Part shown: positions 37,262 through 45,937 of the stretch, one piece after another
Position numbering within the stretch: the first letter of the stretch is position 1
How the letters are laid out: every line of letters begins with the position of its first letter
Virus record (IMG/VR): IMGVR_UViG_3300027901_000001
Source: a virus
Direction: 5' to 3' (one strand)
Length of the DNA stretch: 64,000 nucleotides
Notes under the pieces: model-generated
Seen by the model: the letters and a program-made list of their open reading frames with translations, nothing else
Databases searched by the model: none
Told to the model about the DNA's origin: nothing
Position numbers and translations under genes: made by a program

Positions 37262-37914
37262 GTTCGCGCTCCCTTCGGGAGAAATTCGTTCTCCACATCC
37301 CTGAACATCTTGATGAATCTATTGTACTTGCTGATGCCGGTGCCCGGTAGTCCACCACCCAACGGCCCCTTTTCCATGCCGTGCTGGAAGGACCGGCGTA
37401 CCCCCTTCTGGGTCTGTTTTACGGCTTTCGGCAGCTTCGTGTTCCGGCGATACGGTCCTGCCAGATAACCGTACTTTGTCATGGCCCATCGGCAAATATT
37501 CCAGGCCGCTTCCTTGGATTTTCCCCGCTTCTTGTGCACCGCCATCATGCAGTGTGCGATCTGGGCCGGAATCATATGCAGGCCGGGAGGCTTCGGGGGC
37601 TTCCGCTTTTCACGGGCTTTGGCTTGGCGCGCCCCGGCCGCTGCCTTACGGCCCATTCTCCCCTTCTCCAGAGCCTTGACCTTCTCCTTGCGCTTCTTCT
37701 CGGTCTCCTTCCTCTGCTTTTTGCGCTGTTTGGCGGCAGCATCCTTCTCCTTTTTGACCTGACGCTCCTTATCCTGCTGCCGTTTCCGCTGCTCCTTCTC
37801 CCTGCGAGCCTGGGCTTTTTTGCCAAAGATCCTCTCATACCCACGACGGTACGCCGGAGTCGCCACCTGGGGCAGCCGGGCCTCAAAAAACGCGCTGATA
37901 GGCACCGGGTCCAT
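37258..37914 (-). CDS. Highly basic hypothetical protein (possible DNA-condensing/core protein)
   Basis: Lys/Arg/Glu coiled-coil run; start set at ATG 37914. Confidence 0.55.
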   Translation of the reverse strand: MDPVPISAFFEARLPQVATPAYRRGYERIFGKKAQARREKEQRKRQQDKERQVKKEKDAAAKQRKKQRKETEKKRKEKVKALEKGRMGRKAAAGARQAKAREKRKPPKPPGLHMIPAQIAHCMMAVHKKRGKSKEAAWNICRWAMTKYGYLAGPYRRNTKLPKAVKQTQKGVRRSFQHGMEKGPLGGGLPGTGISKYNRFIKMFRDVENEFLPKGART

Positions 37915-37918
37915 AGAC

Positions 37919-38695
37919 TCACCCGATGAGAAAGGGAACACCCTCGTTCAGCTCCACAATTTCCGCGTCGAGCTTCTCGATTTCGCCCTGTGCCTCGCCC
38001 AACAGCGTGTCGCCGTCGAGGTTTTTCGTACCGCCCGCCGACGGAAATTCTGTGTACTTGGACCGAACGCGGCCGAGTCGCTCTTTCGCCTTGGCCACGG
38101 CGTACCGAAGAATCAGGTCACGATGCCGGAACCGCAGCCTCTTGAAATCGTTGACCGGTGTGGTGGCCGGGGAAACCGGATCTTCCACTCCCAGCGTCGT
38201 GCTGATATAGCGCGCCAAGGCCATCCCGACACGCTGATTCCGTGGCGCGATATGGATGATGTTGGTGTCCTTGAAATACTCCCAAGCTGGCTCGGATCCC
38301 ACGACACGCCGGGCCGTTTCCGCATGGGCAAGGATCTGGTTAAAAGTCCCGTAAAATGAACCACCCGGAATGCCCGTAATGGCCTGGTACGCTACCGGGA
38401 GCTGGTCGATGTCAATGAAGGCGTAAGGATTGACCGCCGCGATGATGTCGATCTGGACACCGGGAAACCAAACCTCCAAGACTTCATCACAGTCCTGCGG
38501 CATCTCATATTCCTGAACACCGGGAGACAGATTCTGGACAGCACGCCGCTTTATTCCCTTCCGGCCTATGTACCAGCGGATAGCATCATCAAAGGAATCG
38601 CAGAAGTGTTCCTCGCACAGCTCCAGGACGACTGCTCCGCCGCCTATCGCTCGCCTAACCCACTCCAGGGCATCTGTTTTCGTAAGGGGATCCAT
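37919..38695 (-). CDS. Neck / head-tail adaptor protein (T4 gp13-like)
   Basis: RRAIGGG...LELCEEH..D..DDA, YAVAKAKERLGRVRSKY...P..GG...LDGD.L..EA..E.EKL. Confidence 0.8.
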   Translation of the reverse strand: MDPLTKTDALEWVRRAIGGGAVVLELCEEHFCDSFDDAIRWYIGRKGIKRRAVQNLSPGVQEYEMPQDCDEVLEVWFPGVQIDIIAAVNPYAFIDIDQLPVAYQAITGIPGGSFYGTFNQILAHAETARRVVGSEPAWEYFKDTNIIHIAPRNQRVGMALARYISTTLGVEDPVSPATTPVNDFKRLRFRHRDLILRYAVAKAKERLGRVRSKYTEFPSAGGTKNLDGDTLLGEAQGEIEKLDAEIVELNEGVPFLIG

Positions 38696-38722
38696 CCCCA
38701 GGCTACCTCCTGGGGGCTATTA

Positions 38723-39079
38723 CTACTGTGCCTCCAAGATGGCATCCACCATTTCGCCCTTGTTCATCGCAGCGTCCAGCTCCGCTCCCATCTTGGCACC
38801 GAGCGTGCCCAGCTCAGCCTTGGTCATCTTCTCCAGGTCTGCCTTGGAGAGCTTCGGAGCAGCCTTCTTCGCAGCAACCCTCTTCTTGGCCGCCGCTTCA
38901 GCAGCCTTCTGCTCTTTCTCCATGTCGACCTGTTCAACAAAACCCATGCCGACATACCTGGCCAGACGGGAATCTGGATAAATCACGCCGTCCATGAGCT
39001 TCTTGTCAGCACGGCCGACCTGCACGGTCAGGTCCTTGCCAACGTACTTCGGTGCCTTCCTGTATCCGATTTTCGCCAT
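38723..39079 (-). CDS. Protein with a C-terminal Rho_N/HeH-like helical motif
   Basis: DLEKMTKAELGTLGAKMGAELDAAMNKGEMVDAILEAQ. Confidence 0.55.
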   Translation of the reverse strand: MAKIGYRKAPKYVGKDLTVQVGRADKKLMDGVIYPDSRLARYVGMGFVEQVDMEKEQKAAEAAAKKRVAAKKAAPKLSKADLEKMTKAELGTLGAKMGAELDAAMNKGEMVDAILEAQ

Positions 39080-39092
39080 ATCAAATCCTCCC

Positions 39093-39106
39093 GGCAGTCG
39101 ACTGCC
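39093..39106. repeat. Dispersed 14-bp palindrome, copy 3 (intergenic)
   Basis: GGCAGTCGACTGCC, exact; abuts the GGAGG RBS of the 38723-39079 gene. Confidence 0.9.
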
Positions 39107-39123
39107 TCAGTAAGAATATCCTA

Positions 39124-39714
39124 TTACCGCTTGAGCCGCTTCTTCAATTCCGCCTTGATCGCCTTGGCCTCCGGCCCTCGAAAGGTCGCGGCATTGGCAA
39201 GGAAATAGTTAACGATGTGTGAGCCCGGATCCATCATGTACTGCGCCTTATAAGGGTCCATCTCATCGAAGGTCGCCATCGCATCCAGATACGGCTTGGC
39301 CGCATAGTTGACCTTCTTCCAGGTACGGCGAATCACCCGCGCCAGTTCCCCCAAGGTCATCTGACTGTAGTTCTGAGCCAGTTCCTGAAGCTGTCTCAGC
39401 TCCGCCTTGACTTCCTGAATCCGGCGCTCGCGCACGTCGGGGAACAGTGATGTGGTAAATTCCAGCCGCGCCAGCTCTTCCTCGACCTCCTCCTTGCTCC
39501 GCACGCATTCTCCTGTACCTGGACCGAGGCCGGTACCACGAAACGGCCCTTTGCCACCACCCGGACCAAGCCCACGACCACCCGCAGGCTTGGCAGTCCG
39601 CAGTCCTCTACCTCCCGGCGTCTTACGCTTTCCCCGACCCATGCCCGCAACTTCTTCCAGTCGCATCTCCCGGTCGATATCCGGCGCACCATAAAACTCA
39701 AATCTTCCGTGCAT
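39124..39714 (-). CDS. Hypothetical head-region protein
   Basis: Gly-rich N-terminus; C-terminal module W.KVNYAAKPYLDAM...YFLANAATFRG..AKAIKAELK. Confidence 0.6.
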   Translation of the reverse strand: MHGRFEFYGAPDIDREMRLEEVAGMGRGKRKTPGGRGLRTAKPAGGRGLGPGGGKGPFRGTGLGPGTGECVRSKEEVEEELARLEFTTSLFPDVRERRIQEVKAELRQLQELAQNYSQMTLGELARVIRRTWKKVNYAAKPYLDAMATFDEMDPYKAQYMMDPGSHIVNYFLANAATFRGPEAKAIKAELKKRLKR

Positions 39715-39723
39715 GGCTCTCCC

Positions 39724-40524
39724 TCACAGTATCCGTATCTTGTTCGAGGCGGGTTTCGCAGGGCTCCCTGTTTTCGCATCTACTAGCCGACGCGATTTCC
39801 CCTTCCGCAAAAGCTGAGACAGCTCCGCTTTCATCGCAAAAATCCACTCTTTTTCATCGTCCTTGTCGGTCAGCCACGGCGTCGAGATTTCGTACCGAAG
39901 ACCTCTCTCTCCTGCCTCCAGTTTGGCAACCAACATCACCTCGTCCTTGGGAGCCATCCCTGGACGCTTGGGGCCGCGACGGCTTTCCCATTTCTTAGAA
40001 ACGACCTTTACATCTTTCGGCCACACCTCGTAAGTGAGCGGCCTATCCACGGCCTCTGCCTGCTGTTCACCCCTTTGAGAGACCTTTCCGAATGTCCTCA
40101 GTTTGCGATTGTGGTAGATGGCCATCGGCTTCAGCTTCTTGCCACCAGCCGTCATAAAATCTGAAATCCATCTGGGATCATACGCCGTGTACTTGGAGGT
40201 GGCTGACATCACGCCCTTCTCCTGCCGTACGTCCCGCCATGCAGTGGTCTTTATCGCGGGCAGATTCCACCCTTTCACCACCATCCAAAAGGGCGTGTAG
40301 TACGACATGATGGTCGCCTCGTTCCGGCCACGCTTCGGAACGAAATCTACGGTGTGCTCACTGACCGAAGAAAGGTACCCTTCCACCTTGTCGATGGCTC
40401 CCATCGGCGACGAAAAGTAGATGGTGACCTTCTCACCCTTGACGGCCGGTTTACGGCGGCCTCCCATGATGGCGAGGCTGCGGCGTTCTTGAAGCGCCGC
40501 TTCAAGCTGTGCCGAAAAGGTCAT
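39724..40524 (-). CDS. Hypothetical protein, candidate internal head protein
   Basis: Start reassigned to ATG 40524 behind GGAGGTGAGG; N-terminus MTFSAQLEAALQE. Confidence 0.6.
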   Translation of the reverse strand: MTFSAQLEAALQERRSLAIMGGRRKPAVKGEKVTIYFSSPMGAIDKVEGYLSSVSEHTVDFVPKRGRNEATIMSYYTPFWMVVKGWNLPAIKTTAWRDVRQEKGVMSATSKYTAYDPRWISDFMTAGGKKLKPMAIYHNRKLRTFGKVSQRGEQQAEAVDRPLTYEVWPKDVKVVSKKWESRRGPKRPGMAPKDEVMLVAKLEAGERGLRYEISTPWLTDKDDEKEWIFAMKAELSQLLRKGKSRRLVDAKTGSPAKPASNKIRIL

Positions 40525-40543
40525 TCCCTGCCTCACCTCCGTT

Positions 40544-40578
40544 AAAGCAAAACGGGAAGGGCAGATGCACCTTCCCGT
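40544..40578 (-). terminator. Intrinsic terminator after the major capsid gene
   Basis: ACGGGAAGG-9 nt loop-CCTTCCCGT followed by TTTGCTTT on the minus strand. Confidence 0.65.
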
Positions 40579-40619
40579 CTCGCGTACGCGCCCGCCCGCG
40601 TAGACGGGCTTCTGAGGGC

Positions 40620-42128
40620 TTACAAGCCGCCCGTGATGGTCACCCGGCCGTACCACTCGTCACGCAGCCGCTTGGTCGCGTAACGGGTCCTCATACCCTT
40701 CTTGTAGGTCTGATCCTCCGGGTCGAGGAACGTGGGGGTCATCTGAAGCGGCACGTACGGCGCGAACACGAAGCCCGCGTCGAGGTAGCTCTGGCCCCGC
40801 AGACCGAGCATGATTTGGTTGAAGGTGAAGAACGGATCCTGATAGCCCCACCACTTGTTGGAGAGCAGGCCCAGCTTCAGGATGCCCTGGTGAGAGCTGA
40901 TCGGACCGTACGAGGGCGGCGTCTGAATGCCATCGAACGGACCGTACGGTTGCGGACCGGATACCCAGATGGGCCGGTAGTCACCGTGACTCTGGAGCTG
41001 CACCAGCTTGGCCGATACCTCCGGAGAGGTCACGAACCAGTTGGCGGGCGCACGCAAGGTCTTTTTGTGGATGAGGTAGCTGACCGCGCTCATCCTGGTT
41101 AGGCACGACCTGATGTGATCCAGCTCGTTGACACCGGCAGGTACGGTGAAATCGAACGTCGAGGTCGTGATAATCGAAGCCGCGAAAAGCTGGCTGAGGA
41201 TGTCCCTGTCCAGCTCCAGCGCAATCTCCTGTGAAATACCGGCCACCAGCTCGGTTTCCGCATCGACCCCGTGGAATGCCCTCAAGTCGTCTGCGGCCTC
41301 TGCCGACCAGCGGCTCTTGAGCTTCCTGGTAGTCGCCCGGATTTCCTGGAAGCTGATGTCCAGGTAGACATCCGGCACCTGACGGTTAGCCTCGGAATCG
41401 TAGTAGTACGTCGTCACGATCTTCCGGTTACCCGCGCCCAACGCCGGGATATTCTGGAACTTGAAGTTGGTCACCTGGCCGGTTGCGTAATTGACGGAAC
41501 CGGACACCGCACCGCCGGTCGGAACGAAGGTAAACCCGCCCGCACCATCATCGGTGGCCGTCTGAATCACCGTGCCGTCGGCATCCTGATCTTCTATCAC
41601 CAGCGACAGACCCAGGGCCGCATTCAGAGGTCGGACCGGGCTGTACTGGAGAATCACCGACAGAGCTGCGCCGCCGCCGCCGTAGTTCACGCCATCGGGT
41701 ACCGCAATCTGCTCCTCCGGGATCTTCTCTGACGAGTAGTTCTCATCGAAGTTCTGGATCAGATTGCTACCCGCAACGGTCGTACCCTTGCTCTTACCGT
41801 GCTTGTACTCGAAGTAGAACACGGCCCCGACCGGCGCGGTCATAGGCTGAACGCTCACGATCTCGTTGGCGATCAAGTTGGGAAAGACGCGCCGCAACAC
41901 CGGGAAGATGTACTTGGTGTACGAACCCGCGTTCACGGACAGCGTATCCTCCTGCAACTGATAGCGCATGTCCTCGAACTGGTTTTCGTACATCATCGCC
42001 ATCACGCGGCGAACGTACGGGTCGTGGACACCTTCCAGGAAATTACCCCATTTGTCTTCCAGCAAGGCACCGTACGAATCGTCACGAACCGTCCTGGCAC
42101 CTGCCGCCAGCATGTTTCGAGCTTCCAT
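40620..42128 (-). CDS. Major capsid protein (T4 gp23 family)
   Basis: FPVLRRVFPNLIANEIVSVQPMTAPVGAVFY, TRKLKSRWSAEAADDL, ISQEIALELDR, GFVFAPYVPL, MRTRYA. Confidence 0.95.
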   Translation of the reverse strand: MEARNMLAAGARTVRDDSYGALLEDKWGNFLEGVHDPYVRRVMAMMYENQFEDMRYQLQEDTLSVNAGSYTKYIFPVLRRVFPNLIANEIVSVQPMTAPVGAVFYFEYKHGKSKGTTVAGSNLIQNFDENYSSEKIPEEQIAVPDGVNYGGGGAALSVILQYSPVRPLNAALGLSLVIEDQDADGTVIQTATDDGAGGFTFVPTGGAVSGSVNYATGQVTNFKFQNIPALGAGNRKIVTTYYYDSEANRQVPDVYLDISFQEIRATTRKLKSRWSAEAADDLRAFHGVDAETELVAGISQEIALELDRDILSQLFAASIITTSTFDFTVPAGVNELDHIRSCLTRMSAVSYLIHKKTLRAPANWFVTSPEVSAKLVQLQSHGDYRPIWVSGPQPYGPFDGIQTPPSYGPISSHQGILKLGLLSNKWWGYQDPFFTFNQIMLGLRGQSYLDAGFVFAPYVPLQMTPTFLDPEDQTYKKGMRTRYATKRLRDEWYGRVTITGGL

Positions 42129-42204
42129 TATTTTCCTCCAGTGAACACCGGCCTAATAATTGACCTACAGCAGCCGCCTTGGTTTTTGCAACTTTTCCGT
42201 ACCG

Positions 42205-43839
42205 TCAGGCCCCTTTCCCGGTGCCAGCCAGTCTGTTGAAGTCACTCGTCTTGAGCCCGACTTCTTCCAGGGGGCTGCTTCCCCTTCCGTTATCAGGCCC
42301 GCCCTGTGGCTTTCCGTGCGTGTCCTCATGGAGGTCACGCGGCTTACCTCTATTGATCCGCGCCCGTATGCGCTCGGCTTCATCGTCGTCTGGCGTGCGC
42401 TGAGGCACATACCTCTCGACAATGCGGTCCACCTCCTCAGTGGCCACGGCATTCTCGCATAGCTCGCGGAGAGTATCGCGGTCCTTGCCCGGAAAAGATC
42501 CGATTCGCTTTTCCAGATGAAGCTGAATCTCCAGGCTTTCCGCCAGGTCGACGGCCTTGCGTGCGTTCTTCTCGGCCACTTCTGCCCTGTCGAGCGCGCC
42601 CGCCTTGGCCTTCTTCGCCTTCTCCAGATCCCCCTCCAGCTCCTCCACGCGGCCTTGAAGCTCCTCGATGGTCTCGTCCTTGTTCTCCTCTTCTGGATCA
42701 TCCTGCTCGGGAAGGGTTCCACCGCGCCGATCCAGCTCGGCCTTGACGGTCTCGATCCGCTGGTCCAGGGCTTCCTTGGACTCGAACTGAAGCACATCAC
42801 CGACCAGGGCTTCGATGGCCTCGCGGGACGGATGCTGACCGATGGCGCGCTCGATGTGCAGCTTGTAAGCCGCCTCCTTGGCCAGCTTCCTCATCTCCTC
42901 GGATTCTGCCTTGTACTTCTGAACCTCCAGCTCACGGTCGGCCAGCTTCTGTTGTAGCTCACCGATCGTATTCTCCTTGCCCATGAGCTGCTCCTTGGCC
43001 TCGGGATCGATGCCATAGGAACGGACCATACTCACGATCTGCTCCAGCACCTGCCTGGCCCCGGCAACCTCCGGGTCGGACATCAGCTCACTGCGTACAC
43101 TGGCGCGGGCTTCCTCATCGATCACTTCGAGACTCCGGCGGAGCTGGTCGGAAAACTGTTCGGTCAGCCGCTCCTCGGTCCGCTGTTCGGCCTCCATAAT
43201 GGCCCTAGCCACATTGTCGCCACCGTTCGTCCCTGCGATGATCTGTTCGGTCAGCTCAGCCACCAGGCCGGGGTAATGCTGCTTCAGTTTCTCGATCGTC
43301 AGCTCCACTTCGGCCTCCTGAATAAATTGCCGCTCCTCTGCGAAAACCTGCGGATAGGCGGTCTTCGTCGCCGGATCGGCCACGAGATCGAAGGTATGCA
43401 GGCTGAAATCCTCCTGAACCTCTTGAGTGCCATCCGGCAACGTTTTGGTGCTGCCGTAACCACGGCTCGACACCCCCATCTGAGCATTGGCCTTCGCTAC
43501 CGCCTTGGCAATTCGGCCATTTGGCGTGTCGAGAATTTCCGCCACGCCAAGCACCTCATTGCCTTCCACACGCAAGTCGGTGATAAGATGGCTGATACGC
43601 TGCAACTTGGTGCGGCCATCAGCCGGATGATCCAGCTCGCCGAAAACCCGGCGACTCTTCATCGCCTCGCCCAGCTTGGTAAATTCGCGCCGCCACAGGT
43701 GTTCGCTGTACACGCGCTTGTTATCGGTAGCCACGCCAGCCTTGGCGAACTGTCCACGCAGAATGTACTTGCCAGGCTGAGCGGCGTCCTCCTCCAAGGA
43801 GAAGGTAACCGGCATTGAATCTATGAGCAGCTCGGGCAT
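42205..43839 (-). CDS. Prohead protease fused to a scaffold-like coiled coil (T4 gp21 plus gp22-like)
   Basis: GELDHP, GVSSRGYGS and FDLVADPA protease motifs, followed by ~350 aa of acidic coiled coil. Confidence 0.9.
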   Translation of the reverse strand: MPELLIDSMPVTFSLEEDAAQPGKYILRGQFAKAGVATDNKRVYSEHLWRREFTKLGEAMKSRRVFGELDHPADGRTKLQRISHLITDLRVEGNEVLGVAEILDTPNGRIAKAVAKANAQMGVSSRGYGSTKTLPDGTQEVQEDFSLHTFDLVADPATKTAYPQVFAEERQFIQEAEVELTIEKLKQHYPGLVAELTEQIIAGTNGGDNVARAIMEAEQRTEERLTEQFSDQLRRSLEVIDEEARASVRSELMSDPEVAGARQVLEQIVSMVRSYGIDPEAKEQLMGKENTIGELQQKLADRELEVQKYKAESEEMRKLAKEAAYKLHIERAIGQHPSREAIEALVGDVLQFESKEALDQRIETVKAELDRRGGTLPEQDDPEEENKDETIEELQGRVEELEGDLEKAKKAKAGALDRAEVAEKNARKAVDLAESLEIQLHLEKRIGSFPGKDRDTLRELCENAVATEEVDRIVERYVPQRTPDDDEAERIRARINRGKPRDLHEDTHGKPQGGPDNGRGSSPLEEVGLKTSDFNRLAGTGKGA

Positions 43840-43840
43840 A

Positions 43841-44044
43841 TCACCACTTTCGCCAGCGCGTCCGAGAAGCGTAAGGGGTCCTGGCTATCAAACGCCCTGG
43901 CTTTTCTATAGGGGGTTCTCTCTTGGGTTTCACCTGCACCTTGGGAAGGTCATAGCCGATCAGCTTTTTCCTTCCACTTCTATAGGCAGTCCTCCGTTTT
44001 ACCGCCCCTTCTCCGAGGAGCGCGCTGAGGGGAATAAGGATCAC
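43841..44044 (-). CDS. Small basic protein
   Basis: 67-aa ORF with a GTGA overlap; fills the gap before the protease gene. Confidence 0.45.
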   Translation of the reverse strand: MILIPLSALLGEGAVKRRTAYRSGRKKLIGYDLPKVQVKPKREPPIEKPGRLIARTPYASRTRWRKW

Positions 44045-44895
44045 GCGGCCTGGGCGTCGGCCTCCGGCTCGTCCTCCGTGGCCTCGATAACATCCATCAG
44101 AGACGGAGCACCCATCGCCTCATAGACGCGCAGCGCCTTGATGACGCTTTCCAGGACGCGCTCAAGCTGGCCTTCCTGGTCCTCCTCCAGCTCGTCTTCG
44201 TCGTTCAGGTTGGCCCATGCCTCCGACAGTTCGGCAGCCTTGTCTGATACGTCGTACATGGTCTCGGCCGACTGAACTTCACCTGCGGCCTCGAAAATCT
44301 CGCCCAGGTACAGCGCCAGCATTCCAGCGCTGAACGCTGCCTCCTCGTAAGGATTGCTACCCTCCGCACCGCCGCCGGTGTTCAGGTCTTCCTGAAGATT
44401 GGCCAGGGCCTCGTTGCCCATGAAGATGCGCCTGCCCATCTTGTGGAGCTTCTCCAGCCCGGCCTTGCCGAACTTCTTGAGCTTGATCTTGGCGCGCTTC
44501 AGGATCTTCTTCTTGGCCTTCTTGTAGTACATCTTCGCGGCGCGCTTGATCTTCGCCTTTCGCTTCTTGCGAACACGCTTGGCCGCGAGCCTTTCGGCCG
44601 CCGTCACACGCTTCTTCCTAACGATCTTTATGGCCTCTTCCAGGTCCTCACCACCACCGGACGCGGGCGCGGGAGTCCCGCCCGGTTGCTGGCTGACCTC
44701 CTGGAGACCTTGACGCGGTTGCTGCTGCTGAGACTGGGTGTAGCCCGGAGCACCACCGCCGTTCCCACCGCCCATACGTTTGTTAATGAGATCGGTGGTG
44801 CGCTGGATTTCGCCGATGGTCTTCTGGGGATCCAGCCCCATATCCTTCAGTTCCTCTTCGAGAGGCCGAACTTGCCGGTTTCTGTTGAGCGACAT
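44041..44895 (-). CDS. Putative prohead core protein (gp67/gp68-like)
   Basis: Lys-rich helix (KRVRKKRKAKIKRAAKMYYKKAKKK) after LEEA, acidic C-terminus; located between portal and protease; start set at ATG 44895 behind GGAGG. Confidence 0.5.
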   Translation of the reverse strand: MSLNRNRQVRPLEEELKDMGLDPQKTIGEIQRTTDLINKRMGGGNGGGAPGYTQSQQQQPRQGLQEVSQQPGGTPAPASGGGEDLEEAIKIVRKKRVTAAERLAAKRVRKKRKAKIKRAAKMYYKKAKKKILKRAKIKLKKFGKAGLEKLHKMGRRIFMGNEALANLQEDLNTGGGAEGSNPYEEAAFSAGMLALYLGEIFEAAGEVQSAETMYDVSDKAAELSEAWANLNDEDELEEDQEGQLERVLESVIKALRVYEAMGAPSLMDVIEATEDEPEADAQAA

Positions 44896-44905
44896 GGTTT
44901 TCCTC

Positions 44906-45838
44906 CTATGCTGCAACCGCCTCGAATCGTCGAGCGAGCTTTTCTGCGAAGGCCGCAGCTAGTGTCCATTCAAAAGCCTGGTCCGCGATCCCATCGTGAA
45001 CCCTGGCCAAACATTTGACGCAACCATCCCCCGATACTGCCATAGCATCGTTGATAATCCCTAATACTCTGTCCAGGTCTTCGGTGTACCCGATGACGAA
45101 TTCAACGAAGTCCGATGCCGTCATGCTATCGCCGCCGCCGTCACGGAGACGATGGTTCTCGGTCACCTGACACGCTAACGCGGTCCGGCTCCGCATATTG
45201 GCGAACGCGGCCTTCAGCTTCTTGAGCGCCGCAATCACACTGTCACGATGATTCTCGGCTTGGTCCTCATCGACCCCATCCTTGAGGAGAGCTTCAAACT
45301 GGGGTTTCGGAACCTCCAACCGCACTACTTCCGCCCCCAGAAATGACCGGATCTCATGCTTTTTCTCCTCAACAGCCTTGAACCAGTCCTCCTCGAACCA
45401 GGTCTGTTTGTTGAAAAGATCTTCCACACCTTCGGCCGTCAGGCGCACTCCGGACTTCACCAACCGGTACAGCGCCCGCAGCCGCTCCTCCGGTACACGA
45501 CCGGCCATTATCTCCTTGGTGGTTTGCAGGGCCTCGTCGCGGACCTGAGTACCCATCGTGTCGGCCTCATACACCGGCACCTCGATTTCCTGGATATCGG
45601 ACAACACTACCTCGTTATCCTCATCCAGCGACCATTTCCCACGGAAAAATTCGCCTTCCTCATTGGCCACGATCATGTGATCGGGATAGGTGGCAATCGT
45701 CCGGATTGATTCGGCAGTGCCGTTGAACAACTCAGCATTGGCCTCGACGGCCTCATCCACGGCCCCCACGGCGGTCTCGTAAGATCCGTCTACGAGCTTC
45801 GCCAGGAAGTCCGCATCCACTAATTTTTCCGTCGTCAT
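44906..45838 (-). CDS. Acidic hypothetical head-assembly protein
   Basis: 310-aa ORF after the portal with a GAGG RBS. Confidence 0.6.
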   Translation of the reverse strand: MTTEKLVDADFLAKLVDGSYETAVGAVDEAVEANAELFNGTAESIRTIATYPDHMIVANEEGEFFRGKWSLDEDNEVVLSDIQEIEVPVYEADTMGTQVRDEALQTTKEIMAGRVPEERLRALYRLVKSGVRLTAEGVEDLFNKQTWFEEDWFKAVEEKKHEIRSFLGAEVVRLEVPKPQFEALLKDGVDEDQAENHRDSVIAALKKLKAAFANMRSRTALACQVTENHRLRDGGGDSMTASDFVEFVIGYTEDLDRVLGIINDAMAVSGDGCVKCLARVHDGIADQAFEWTLAAAFAEKLARRFEAVAA

Positions 45839-45884
45839 TTAGCCTCTTTTCCTGCTCGGCCAGAGATCTCGACAGATGAAACTC

Positions 45885-45914
45885 ACGGTATTCCCCGCGA
45901 AAGTCCTATGTCAA
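45885..45914 (-). promoter_or_regulatory. Sigma70-like promoter for the head-assembly operon
   Basis: TTGACA-N18-TACCGT in the ~100-bp intergenic gap. Confidence 0.45.
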
Positions 45915-45937
45915 GTTATTGGCCACGTAGGGTATCG

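Noticed and set aside
39724-40656. Upstream-extended ORF calls (39724-40656, 11092-12096, 35717-36187, 53316-53759, 55414-55839, 8427-9383)
   Set aside because: The extensions overlap neighbouring genes or a terminator; internal starts with an RBS or stop-start coupling fit better.
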